Translations under genes and position numbers: made by a program
From: Chiloscyllium plagiosum
Lineage: Eukaryota
NCBI RefSeq assembly: GCF_004010195.1
Contig: NC_057753.1
Span: 1,514,023-1,578,022 of the forward strand
Direction of reading: 5' to 3'
Length of the DNA: 64,000 nt
The notes under the pieces: model-generated
What the model was told of the DNA's origin: nothing
Database searches by the model: none
The model's input: the letters and a program-made list of their open reading frames with translations, nothing else
Shown: piece by piece, positions 23,114 to 36,533 of the stretch
Position numbering within the stretch: position 1 is the stretch's first letter
Layout of the letters: each line of letters starts with the position of its first letter

Positions 23114-26100
23114 ACTCATTCAGTGCAGATCGTGTTGAGGGATATTGACTTCAGTGAGTTCGAGCTCTGTGATCATGTCCCTCCTTGTTGAGCAATGATG
23201 CTGGTAATTTTGTTGTCAGTGTTGCTTAACTGATTCCTAAGCAGAAGTCCACATCAGAACTGCAGAAGCTGCTCCCATGCCTCTGACAAGGCTAATAGCT
23301 GTGAAGTACAGGTAAAGCATAACAAAATTCCAAATTGATACCTAAGATTTCTTTCCCCGACAGTGATCGTGCCATCTAGATTTGCAACACAGAAACATGG
23401 TCTGGCTCGTCCATGCAGACCAGATATCCAAAATTAATCCAGTCCGAATTGCTAGCAGTTGGCATGTATTCCTCAAGACCCTTCCTATCCATTTCCCCAT
23501 CCAGATGCCTTTTAAATTATCAGTGTACCAGCCTCTACTACCTGTTCTGACAGCTCAGTCCATACACGTACCACATTCTCATGCAGTCACGTCCCTTTTA
23601 AATCTTTTCCCTCTCAACTTCAACCTATGTGCTGAGTTTTCAACTCTCCCGTCCGAGGAAAACGACCCTAAAGAATTGGAGTGTAAAGCTAGGGAGCATT
23701 TGTTTAAAGTGAGATGGGAAGATTTTAAGGAGGACCTGAGGAGCCAAGTTTATTGACAGAGAAATTGGTTAGTGTGCTATTAAATTGAAATCCTAACAAC
23801 CACCATGGAGGGACTTGAATGAGGAATCCGAAAACATCACCTGGGTCTCTGCAGATTGCAACACCACTTAAGAAAGTTTTCGCCCCCAGCCTGGTGCAAC
23901 AACGTGTCAGAGAGTTTAAGATGATTGATTGCTAATTTAGTATATTATTCACATGTGGGTTCAAATCGGACTGTCGTCCGTAAATGTATAACTCAATGTT
24001 ATTGCTGTCGACCTGCCAAACGTTTGAAAGAGTTAGAAGTGTCTTGTCAATTTCTCACGCACTTCAGTGAAAGCTCGTACAAGGATTTGAAACCATGTTC
24101 CAAACTTTCATGCAAAGTGGTTTCAATTATCATAATGAAGAGGAACAAGAATTCCTGTCTTTCCATGTTTGTCATCTACGAGTACATTCTGTACAATCCA
24201 ATGCAAGATAAACATGAACGACCAAGGACAAGAAAGCAGAAGCATCGGTTTATCATGTAGAATGTATTTATTTGCCTATTTTCAAAGAGTAGATGAGTGA
24301 TAAATAGGATCCGAAGAAGCTGCATATACTTGGATTGTGGAAAGGCCAGAGCACCAGGAAACCCATGCGGACATTAGCAAACACATGGAAACTCCACTCC
24401 TGAGGTTAGAATGGAACATGGGCCCCTGGCTCAGTAGAACTAACTACTGTATCCCTTATCCCAGGTTTCATTCAACGTGCTGTAAAGCCAGTGAGGTCAA
24501 AGACGTTGCTGATAATCACATCTCGGCCTGAAATGTTTTCATTCCGACAGTTGTGATTGGTGTTAATCTGTAGCTGGGATGCGATTTAATGATTGGCAAT
24601 CGGTTTGCTGCATTTTATAACCTTCATTCAAATGAACTGCCTTTATTCAGGTTGTCCTCATGGAGATGAAAGTAAACAATAATTCATTTACACGTTTACA
24701 TTTTAATTACTGTCCTCAATGTTCAGAAACTTGGATTTGGTAATCATTTTGTGGAACAATGTAAAATTGAGTCTGAAAACTGGACCCTGAGCTTCTGGTG
24801 ATTTATGAGTATAACTTTGTGCCCACTCCCACTCTGACCTTGACCTCCTGTAAAATACTCCAAGGAAACTGAATAGGAGCTCGAGGAACAGCAGCTTGTT
24901 TTTTTTTCAATTCAGCAAACTCCAAGCTTCCAGACTCAACACGGATTTGAGCAGTTTCTGCATCACAGGATTGCTGTGAGGACGGAGACCACTTGACCCG
25001 AAAAGAAGCTGGAACTTGATGCTATGTTTAGATTGTGCCTACTATGTTTAGACTGTATCTGCTCTTATTTCAATGGAAATAGCTGTTACCTTACTCTCCT
25101 ATCAGTTACCAATCAATGTCAAAATCATTGGTCAAAGCCACCACTGAAAGTTTGAATTCCAGGAATATCTCCCTCGTTATATGGTGATTTATTTTTAGCA
25201 GAAGGAATAGGGAGGCAATACGGAATTAATGATACAATTCTAAAGTGTGTGCAACTAATCAGGGCATGTTTGATGTGCACACATCTTTGAAGATAGTGGA
25301 TGTATTCGTCTTCAGTAAAGCAAATTCGATCTCGACCTTCAGAGATATTAATATTTTCAACAAACATCGGGCAAGTAATGTTGTTCATTTATAAAGCTCT
25401 CAGGAGACCCAGAATTTTCTGTCCACTTGTGGTCATCACCTTTTGCTGCAGAGGACATGTATCAAAATGGATTCAGCAAAGCAGGTTGAGACAGCATTTA
25501 CAACATATTTAAATAAGATGGAGAAATGCAAAGCATTCCTGTCAACTGATTAGGAACAGATTGACGCTTCTCAGAATGAAACAGAGGGGAGATGGGATAA
25601 GAACATTTTCACATGGTGATGTTCTGGAACTTGCTGACTCTGATGATGGTTGGAAAATGACACAGTAATTGGTTTGAAAACGAAATTGTTCAGCATTTGA
25701 GCATTGGTTCGTGCAAAGGTAGAACTGGGGAATGGATGTGACTTGATTGTTGCAGTTAAAAATCACACAACACCAAGTTGTAGTCCAACAGGTGCTTCCA
25801 AATAAACCTGTTGGATTATATTCTGGTGTTGTGTAATTTTTAACTTTGCTCATCCCAATCCAACACCAGCTTCTCCACATCCTGATTGTTGTAGATAGCA
25901 AGCGTTGAGTCAAATGGGTCGAATGGCCTACTCTGTTGCATAAGGAGTCTGCCTCTTTGGTGTAACCTCCTCTTCAATTTTAATTCCTGGAATTCAGTTG
26001 TCACTCTTTCCAAGTCTATTGGATCATTTATTTGGGTGCAGCCCAGAACAGAATGCAGCTCTGCAAGCATAATGTAAGCATATTTTGGTTATCTTGGTGC

Positions 26101-26853
26101 ATTTCTGGTCTCACTGACAACTGAAATTTTCACCCACCGAAAGAACCAATGAACCTTCATCCTTCACATTAAGATCGTTATGTTATTCGGGACCTCATGA
26201 ATCAAAACCCTCCTGATGCAATGTTTGATTTGTGTTTCCTGCGTGTTAAAGCTCTGCTGTCACTGTCCCACAAGGTTACGGAAATCCACCAAAGTCTGCT
26301 CATGACAGAAATTCAGAAGAGACAAATATTTCTCTTGGTTTGCCTTTGCTTACTATGAATCCTCCCTGTCTGACACTTTGATAAAGGATGTTCACATACT
26401 TTGACCTTCTTGCAGGAAAATATTGGAATTAATTTAAGGAAGCATCACAGAGCCAGCATGGGCTGCAACCCAATAGTTGTATTGAGGGTTAGTGAAATCC
26501 CATTTCATAAGATTTCGTAGCACTGAGAACTTTGGAAATCATGATAATTTCCTTTTTTTAAAATATAGTTTTCATATCCCAGATCATCATAATATTCTGA
26601 CGCGCGATTATACGCAAGATTGAAGTGGTGAGACAAGACTTATCTTGACTTTCACCATATTTTCCTTATTGAATCACCTTTTGCCCCTTTAATTCCACGT
26701 GCTTGCAGGAACAAGTCCTGGTTTATCTCTAGAGACTGCTGATCACGATACAGAAGATAATGCAGGAAAATTGAAGAGCACAGCCGAATCAAAATAAACA
26801 TGAAAAGCGATTTATAATATATACTGCTGAACTCAAATTGTGTTTTACGGTGA

Positions 26854-27761
26854 TCACGACTCATATCATTTAAACACTGGAGACGGGAAATTTGAACAAT
26901 TTCTTCAGTTGCTGTCTGAATTTATTCTGGGTCCCTGCATAAATAAATGGGTGACGCAGGAACTCAAAAGCTGAAGCATAAACCCACCTTCCTCAAGAAT
27001 AAAATTTGAATCATTGTAATTCGAACCTGAGAAATACCCAACGTTCAAAATTTGAACATTGAGAAAAGTCAGTAGAACCAACAAATAGGAGAGGAGGAAA
27101 CTGCCTGAAATGGTGAAGAGTAAAACAATGGACTTCTTCCGTTTTTCCATCTCTGGATCACTCTGATTCTGTCCATTGTTGCTGTCGCGGAGTCTCCTGC
27201 GGGCTCTACTGGCCAATACAATGTGCCTGACAGTGAGGGCATTCAGTAGCAAAATCATCATGAATGGAAGACAAGGGTTTAAAACTGCTATTATCCAGTC
27301 GAATGCAACCCAACTGGGTGAGGTATAGTATATTGGTTTGGTGCTGCAATACCAAGGTACATTGTTCATGATAAAGGAAGGCTCATAAGCAAAGTACAAG
27401 GGCATGTTTCTTATACAGCTCAGAGTGCAGACAGTTGCTATAACCACAGCCGCCACTTTTTCAGTGCAATATTTTCTTTTTAGCTTCTGGCAACAAATGG
27501 CAATGAATCGATCCAGAGTGAAAGCAACAGTTACCCAGACAGAGGAATCTCTGACTCCATAAAGTAACACAAGACTGGCACTACAGACTGGGGTGATGGA
27601 CAGGAATGTCATTGTGAAATAAATGCCCACAAGTCGGTTTAATATCACAGCTGTAATAATGACTAGGAGATCCGTCACCGCCATGGAAACCAGGTAATAT
27701 GCAATGCATTTGGAAAGACCACACCTCTCTCTTGACAGGATTACCATCACTGAGAGGTTAG
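26854..27761 (-). pseudogene. GPR139-like GPCR copy 2, exon 2, frameshifted in TM7 (premature TGA at 26905-26907)
   Basis: Near-identical to copies 1 and 3 until SSC; a 1-nt deletion (gggttga to gggtga, ~26951) turns INPFIY into VTHLFMQ; a further 2-nt deletion lies near 26885; the ancestral stop is at 26854-26856. Confidence 0.75.
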
Positions 27762-28742
27762 CTATGAAAAAGGGATATAATGAGTAAATACATGATATTG
27801 ACCAAATTAGATGTAGCCAAAAAAAGATACAGAAAGACATTTGGAAATGCACAACTTCCTGGAAATAGTTAGAAAAGAGAAAGACGTCTTTCTTTTGTCC
27901 TGAAAATATTTCTATGTAACTGCAGAAAAACATCTCTAATTGGCAGCGAACTGTCAGTAGTATTAAATAGTGGCAATGTGCATATATTATCAGTGTTGAC
28001 ATTTTTTCTTTAAGATTTAGTTACGGGAAATGCAATCTATTCTGCTGTTGGGAAATTTGCACAGAGGAACTAAAGCAGAAGTAATCTGAAGCATTGTTAG
28101 ATTGAAGATGCAGTAACATTATATTCAGCAAGGCAATAGTCATAAAGAAACAGACAACATTGAATGTTAGGAAATCACAAAAGTTTGACATTAACACAGA
28201 TATCTAGGAAGCGACACTTAAAGAGAAATGAAAACTCACTTCTAACCAGAAAGAAACCCGACATTGCACCTGATAATGATCTTAAGCTTATGCAACATAG
28301 TTTTGTGGCAAATAATAAATAACAGAATAGACGAAGTCCAGGTGTAACTCTGTTGGCAATGTTCTCTCTTTTGATCAGAATAGTTTTGCCTTCAAATTCT
28401 ACTGCAGAATATCAGTGTTGACTGAGTATTGCACTGCTGAGGGTGTTGCATTTGTGCCAAGCCAATAAATGGAAGATGTGAGGATTAAGAGTCGAATAGA
28501 AAATCTAACTGAACTATTAAGAAGCTCCTGTTGGTATTCCATCAGATACACCGAGCAGTGCCCCATAATAAAACTGAGCAATCTCAGCACCTGTGCAGAC
28601 TAAAAAAGCGTTTGCAGTATGGCAATTAATTGATATTTGCAGTGATCAAAACACAATCGAAGTACAATTAAATATTCGTGCCACCAGAGCAGCCGAAGGA
28701 AACCCACGCATACCTATTTAATAACTACCGAATATCATTTAC

Positions 28743-28812
28743 CTGGAACCCCAATAGTTGCTAAGATTGTATAGTAAATAGCAAACACGAGTCCATTTGG
28801 TAATCCATGCAT
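28743..28812 (-). CDS. GPCR copy 2, exon 1 (MHGLPNGLVFAIYYTILATIGVP)
   Basis: ATG at 28812, donor CCAG|GTAAAT; in frame with the acceptor ttttcatag|CT at 27761. Confidence 0.8.
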
Positions 28813-28862
28813 TTTGTCTCAAGCTGCGGTTGCGTTTATCACTACAGTGAATGTTAACCATG

Positions 28863-28868
28863 TTTATA
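28863..28868 (-). promoter_or_regulatory. Putative TATA box of GPCR copy 2
   Basis: TATAAA 51 bp upstream of the ATG. Confidence 0.55.
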
Positions 28869-30341
28869 CCTGAGGCCGGACTCCAGGGATACAATTAAAT
28901 GCTTTGGGCGTTTGCAGTCATTACTCCAATTAAAACAATCAGATTAGAGATTATTGTTCCGAGCTTATCTTCAATTTTGATGGATAGGAGTGGTATTCCT
29001 GGGCACTGGCACTTCCCCAAGTGAAGTACGGCGGGATGTCATCTCCATGATGGACAAAAATTGAACTATGAAACAGGCCGTTGAAAATGTGCACGAAATT
29101 TTGCATGAAATACCTTTATCTGTGAAAAAACTTTGACCTGAGATAGTTTATTTTATTGGATCTTGCTGCCATGTTTTCTCTCCCGATTATGATGCATTCC
29201 ATGCAATCAATGATTAGGTCCAGGGTGGGTTCATGTCCCTCTGAAACTCTATAAGCACCTTAAAGTATATGCACGGATTATGGGCATGTCCATTATATTT
29301 CATGCTGCGTTCAGTGTCAGTTATCTTTGCAGAACAGTCTGGACCACGTGGGAGCAATTGTATTATATCCCAACGCATCAAGAAAACATCTTGATCAAAT
29401 TCAATTCAACATGAGCATGTTCAATTCAGCATTTATATCAGAATTGATATTTGCAGCCTTCTGCCTATGCATTTATAATGGGTAAAATCTGTTCAGTGTG
29501 ATTACGTTCAGCATGAACTATGTTCATTATAAACTTGCTCAGTGCATACTATTGCAATCTGTCCGCACAGGACCATGTCACTGTGGTTGTTTTTACCCAG
29601 GAACATCTGTGGGGCAGGGTGGGGTTAAATCTATTCATTAGACAGGGAGTGGTCCAGTTTCACCAGGTTAAATTAAGCATAGACAGTCTCATTCAGTACT
29701 CTCTGATTCCAAAAGACAGATCCATGTCCTCCACTGGGTGCATGCAGATGATCACAATTCATCCCGTAGAGAGAAGCATATCATCAATTAATGTCTTTGT
29801 GGGATTGTCCCAACGAATTTGGTTATTAGCACAGTAAAAACAACTAATTGTGAATGTTTACATTCAGAGATGAAAATTCCCATTCCGTTGTGAATACAGT
29901 TACATTCACTGTACATGGGTTCAGTTTAGCAGTTATATTCCACGCACGTAGGATCGATCGAGGACACTTGTCTTCATTGTGCCGGGTCTATGTCATCAGC
30001 GTGACCTTCGGCTTTTGAACAAGAACTATTGCATGGTCAGGAGCAGGTGAGCCTACTGAGCTTCAAATGATGAGTCGAAATGTGTTAACATGGCAAGGGT
30101 TGTTTTTTTCTGTCTTTGCGATAAGCCGTTGTTTCTGTTGAGTGCCTGGTACCTGGTAAAAATCTGAGGAGAGAGCTCGCAAAGGGTGGAAATATATAGT
30201 AATCTATAGATAAACCCACTGAGTGCTGCAATATCCAATGCGATCTTGGTTGATCTGAATATTCTTAACTGCATTCTCCTGCCTTTTGCGTAGAACCCTT
30301 GACTGTCTTAGTAATTAAAAATCTATCTCAGCCTTGAATAT

Positions 30342-31322
30342 TGTTATGACACGGCGTAAACCCTCCTGCTCAATTTAACCCAGCAATTTATCCCATGCAG
30401 TAATCTGTTAAAATTCGATAGGCCAAAAACCTATTGAAGTAAAAATTAACAACTTTATTTCTTAAAGTATAACAGAGAATAATTAAATAAAAATTATTTG
30501 CAACTCCTTCCTCGAACCTATCTTTTACCTTCCCTTCCATAGTACTAGTCCGATAAAACTCCCTATTAAGATTTACAAAACAAAGCTTCGTATTTAAAAA
30601 AAAAAACAGGCATCGTAGATTAGATTACTTACAGCGTGGAAACAGGCCCTTCGGCCCAACAAGTCCACACCGACCCGCCGAAGCGCAACCCATCCATGCC
30701 CCTATATTTACCCCTTACCTGACACTATGGGCAAGTTAGCATGGCCAATTCACCTGACCTGCACATCTTTGGACTGTGGGAGGAAACCGGAGTACCCGGA
30801 GGAAACCCTCGCAGACACGGGGAGAACGTACAAACTCCACACAGTCAGTCGCCTTAGGCGGGAATTGAACCCACGTCTGCTGGCGCTGCGAGGTAGTAGT
30901 GCTAACCACTGTACCCACTACTTTGGGTTCTTCTCTGTATTCCTATATCCTTTTTTTCTTCTTGGGATTCTGCTTCACAGGTACCTTGAAGAGAGATATT
31001 TTCGGGCAGTCTTTCCATGCGGGTAGCTTGGCACTTATCGTATCAACTGTCTCATCCTCCCCGGTCTTATACCCCCAAAGCATTGGATTTTAAGACTGTC
31101 AATATACTCAATTCTAACTTGATTGGAATTTGGTATAACTTTTGGGGGTATAATTTAAACTGATTGGCCTAATTCGAATCTGTTGTTGTCTCCAGGCAAC
31201 GAGTTACCCTAACTGCTGGACCAAAAGGTTACATTATATCTTTGTTCAGAATACTTGTTGCTGTTAGGTAGATCTGTTGCTTTTAACTCTTAAAGTTACA
31301 GTACACCCACATCTTTATGACA
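30342..31322 (-). repeat. 3' LTR of the Gypsy element, containing an HE1-like SINE at ~30618-30917
   Basis: tgttatgacacgg...gtacacccacatctttatgaca; matches 36534-37546. Confidence 0.9.
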
Positions 31323-31986
31323 TCTCCCCCCTTTAGAAAAAATGAACCATCATAACGAAAAGATGGCTTCATTTGGTGTTCTTTTTTAAAAAGATATTAC
31401 CCTCATACACAGATAAATAAGCTCACCTTACCTTCTTTCTATATCTCTTTCTCTCTGTATGACATTAAATAAATGCAAATCTTACTTAAACTTTATGAGT
31501 TAAATCAGCGATAACGCATCTGCGATTACATTCTTACGACCAGCAACATGCATTAGTTTTAAATTAAAAGTCTGTAACATAAGACTCCAACGAAATAGTC
31601 TCATATTCCTGTTTTTAAAGCGTTCTAAGAATGTAAGCGGGTTGTGATCCGTGTACACAACCGTCTCCAACACATTGTTTGTGACATACACTTTAAAATA
31701 TTGTAAGGCCAGTGCTCAAACTCAATTGTCATTTCCTATAGTGGATGTTGATCTTCTTCGGAAAGTTACCAACTGGCAGTTCAATCCCATCCTTATCTTC
31801 CTGTAGGAGTACAGCTCCAACTCCCTATGTCATTAGCATCAATGTGACTTTAAAAGATTTTGAAAGTTTGGTGTAGCTAAAACTGATTTGATTGTTAATA
31901 TTGATTTCAAATGGTCGAATGTCTCTTGGCATGGTTCTGTACTGCAAAACTTCGTGTTCTTCGGTTAATGGTGCCACTGCACTGCT

Positions 31987-32290
31987 GATTAGATTAGCTT
32001 ACTTACAGTGGGGAAGCAGGCCCTTCGGCCCTACAAGTCCACACCGACCTTCCGAAGAGCAACCCACCCAGACCCATTCCCCTACATTTACCACTTCACC
32101 TAACACTACCGGCAATTTAGCATGGCCAATACACCTAACCTGCACATGTTTAGACTGTGGGAGGAAACCGGAGCAAACCCACGCAGACACGGGGAGAATG
32201 TGTAAACTCCACACTGACAGTTGCCCGAGGCGGGATTTGAACCCAGGTCTCTGGCCCTGTAAGGCAGCAGTGCTAGCCACTGTGCCGCCC
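31987..32290 (-). mobile_element. HE1-like SINE inserted in the Gypsy pol region
   Basis: GGCGGCACAGTGGCTAGCACTGCTGCC head, GGTTCAAATCC B box, tail ...cactgtaagtaagctaatctaatc. Confidence 0.88.
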
Positions 32291-35200
32291 AATGTTTGGA
32301 ACAAACTTCTAATAGAATCTGCTGAGTCCTAAGGATCAAAGTACCTCTTTCTTCGAGGTTGGTCGTGGAATTCCTCGATGGCCTTCATTTTTGTGTTCCA
32401 TGGGGTCAACCTTCCATAACCGATGCTATGTCCCGAGAACGTCATCTCTGCTTTCGCAAATTCAGTTTTATTTATATTTGTCACCAGTTTTGCTTCTCGT
32501 AATCATTCAAAGAGCTCTGCCACTGTACCATGTGATCTTTCCAGGACTTACTAAAGATCACTACATCGTCCAAGTAGACTGCACAGTTTGTTAATCCAGC
32601 CACAACTCTGTTCATGAGTCTTTGGAATGTGGCGGGTGCGTTCTTCATTTAAACTGATATAGCCCTTTTGGGGTTAAAATGCAGAAATTTCTTTTGCTTT
32701 CTCTGATAAAGGTACCTGCCAGTAACCACGCATTATGTCCAACTTGGCGAAGTAACTGGCTTGTCCGACTTTCTCAACACAGTCCTCCAATATAGCAATT
32801 GGATATGAGTCTGAATTTGTAACGGCATTGACCTTCCAATATTTCATGCAGAATTGTTGACTCCCATCCGGTTTGGGAATAAGATGATCAGCGAACTCCA
32901 CTCACTCTGGCTTGTTTCAGTGATGTCCTTTTCACGCATGTCCTCCAGCTCCACCAGGAACTGTCTGGTTTGAAAGGATTAGGCTGATAGGGGTGCTGTT
33001 TTAGCGAAGCAGTATTCTCTAGGTCTACTTCATGCACAATAGCATTAGTCCTCCCCATCTGATTCTTAAATATGTCCTTATACTGCAGGAACAAATCGTT
33101 CAACTGCGTTCTATGCCCCTGAGGCAGACAGCTTACTAACCTATCCCACTCCTGAAGGGCGTCTTCATTTTAAAATCTATTTTGAGGCAAATCAAAATCC
33201 ACATTACGTGGATTTGATTCCTCACTCAGCGAGGCAGTAACTAATTCCTGTTTCTCCTGTTCTTTCTCTCGTGTTTCAACATGTTCACATGACATACTCG
33301 GTACCTTTTTTATTGCCATCTGGGATCCTTACTAAATAGTTAACCTGACTCAACTTTTTCTTAATTTGATAGGGACCACGACACCTGGCTTTGAAGGGAT
33401 CTCCTATCACTGGTAACAGTATTAACACAGTATCCCCTTGGGAAAACGTCCCATTCTCAGAGCATTTATCTGCCACCTGTTTCATTCTATACAGTGCCAT
33501 CTGTAGGTGCTGTTTAGCTAACTGACCTACTCGATTTAATCTCTCCCTCACATCCGATACAAAGTCGAAGTGTGAGATCTTTGACTTTGGTCCTGTTCAA
33601 TTTTCTTTAATTAATATCAAAGGGCCTCTCACTTCATTACCGAACATTAACTCAAAGGGAGCAAACTGAGTAGAGACGTTTGGGGCATATCTCATTGCAA
33701 ATAATACGAATAGGATACCTTTATCCCAATCATTCGGGTAATCCTGACAGTCTGCTGTTACCATGATCTTCAACGTCTGATACCATCTTTCTAAAGCTTC
33801 CTTGAATTCAGGATGATACGCACTGGATTTAAAGTGCTGTATACCTAAGGTGTCCATAACCTCCTTAAACAGCGTAGCAGTAAAATTTGAACCTTGGTTC
33901 CTACTGAATCTCTCTGGGTATCCCGTACCGTGTGACGAATGCTACTAAGTCCTCTGCTACCTTTTTGCCTTGGTACTCTGTAATGGAATTCCCTCTGGAA
34001 ATCTGATGGATGCATCCATTATGGTTAACAAGTACTGGTTCGCATTTTTAGTTCTCGGCTGGGAACCTACACAACCAATTATAACCCACGTGAAAGGTTC
34101 TTCAAATGCGGGAATTGGCAAGAAAAGTGCTGGTTTTACTACTGCCTGTGGCTTACTTACCAATTGGCATGTATGGCACGCACGGCAAAAGTTGACCACA
34201 TCCTTGTGTATTCCAGAACAAATTAAAACGTTTTTGTACCTTAGCCTGTGTCTGTTGTACCCCTAGGTCACCTCCTACAGACAGTTCATGTGCTACCCTC
34301 CTGTCTCTATGCTACCGACAACACAATCCGGTGCACGTCAGCCCATTTCTCCTCTGCGCTAACCTGCTGCGGTGTTCATTTATGCCTTAGGATTCCATCT
34401 TTCGAATAATAACCCTTCAGAATATTCTTTTCCTCCTTTTCAGAGTACGCATTCACATATCTATCTTTTATTGTCTTGTCTTGCTCTTGCATTCCTTTAG
34501 CCATTCCGCACGAAACATTTCAATCTGACCCTCTGCCTGTTCATGTTTTTTCTGCACCATTACCTCAAACAGGGTATCAGCTAACTGAATATCAAGTCCT
34601 TCATCTTTCGTTTTACTTTTTGCTTCGTGCTGTGACTTCTGATAGTGGGATCTGGTGACCACACAGTCTGGGAAAATACGAGGATGTTTCTGTTTTAACA
34701 TCTCAGTTTCTTTGTCTTCCTTGGCCTTCTCCACAACAAGGGGTGTCACTCCCAACTTGGATCCTGCCAAATCATCCCCAAGAACAAACTGAATTCCTGG
34801 AAATGACACTCTGTCAGTCACTCCCACTGTAATATCCCCAGTCTTGACTTGGCACTCTAAACTGATCTTACACAGGGGAACGCTATGTTTCTGTCCATCT
34901 ATCCCACAAATTACCATACTCTCGGTAACAGATCAGAGAGAGTGTATATTCGCTCATTTCCTGCTATCAGCGACTGGTCAGATCCTGTATTTCTCAAAAC
35001 GATAAGTTCTGGTCCTTTTCCCCCGGTCTCCATGAGTAAACTTTACCCTCAGAAGCTAATTCTTCGTGGAGATCAGGTACTCCATACCCAGCCACTGCTT
35101 AGGCTGTGCAAAGGCCTGCAGCTCCTAAGTCCTTCTTGGGGTCTCCTTTATTACCTGCATTAATGCTTTGATTCTATTACCACATCTTTTCCCACAGCGC

Positions 35201-36533
35201 CTTTCTTTAGTGACCAGCACTGAGTTTCATTTGCAACTTTATCACAGTGGAAACACCTGAGGCCTTTTACCTTCTTTCCACCCTCTTGGGCTTCTTTTTT
35301 ATCCTGTGGTAAATTCTGACCAGTGCTCTCTCCTCTTTGTTTCGGAGTGTAGAATCTCCCATTCTGCCAACTTCTATCCCTCACAGGACGAAATTCTAGC
35401 CGGAAGCTTGTCTTAAGCACCAACATGTATTCATCTGCTAATTTTGCTGCCCTTCTCACTTCGTGAACTTCCTGTTCCTCCACGTGAATTCTTCCCATCT
35501 CTGGAAGTGAGTTTTTATACTCCCCCAACAGAATAATCTTGCTTAGAGCCTCAAGTATGTTTATCTATTTTCAAAGCACGTACCCATCGATCAAATGACT
35601 CTGTTTAAATCTTTCGAACTCAACATAAGTCTGACCTGGTTCCTTCTTTGTGTTTCTGAACCGCTGTCTATATGCTTCTGGTACCAATTCATAAGCACTT
35701 AAAATAGCCTGTTTAACCTCTTCGTAATCTCTTGACACCTCATCTGACAGTGCGGCAAATACCTCACTGGCTCAGTTTGCCAGTTTAGTCTGAACTAACA
35801 TTACCCATAAATCCTCGGGTCAATCTATCTGGCAAGCTAATGTTTCAAATTGAATAAATAAAAGTTCAACATCTTTCTCATCAAAATGTGGCAGAGTTTT
35901 GACATATTTATATAAACCACTAATTTCTGTTCTAATCGCTATCCTGTTAACTTGACTTTGCTGACTAAGTCGCAACTTCTGACGTTGAAATTCTCTCTCT
36001 TTTTGTCTCTCCCTCTCTTCCCTCACTCTTTGCTCAGCTAAGAACCTTCTCTCTCTTTTCCCTCAATCTTTCCCTTTCTCTCTCCCTCTCTGTCTATTTA
36101 TTTTCTAACTCCATTTTCCTCAATTCTAATGTAAGTTATTCTACCTCGACTGCACTTGTCTGCTTCTCTGACATACTTATGTATTTGAGTAACTGCCTTA
36201 CAATTTCAGCTTTACTTTTGTCTTTGATTAAACCCAAATCTAACTTATTTGTTAATTCTAAAAGTATGGTGTTTTTCTTTTCTTCTAAACGTTTTTGGCA
36301 AATCTGAGAATTATCTTCAGTCCCAGAACCTCTTTAGCAATTTTAAGAGCAACTTCTCTCACTTTTAATTTAATCAACTACGTGCCACAGAAACTAAACA
36401 CGTTGTCTCATGTAAGTTTTATTTAAAGGGCTAGGACACTAACCTGGAAGTGTTTAAATCTGCTGGGATTTTCATATCCCCAAATCTATTCCAATCTGTC
36501 TAAACCAGTACAAATCACGGACCCGAGCCAAAC

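Noticed and set aside
27762..28002. Long hydrophobic N-terminal extension of the 365-aa ORF (and 51241-51295 of the 321-aa ORF)
   Set aside because: Lies upstream of a canonical splice acceptor and is not open in the other copies; it is intron.
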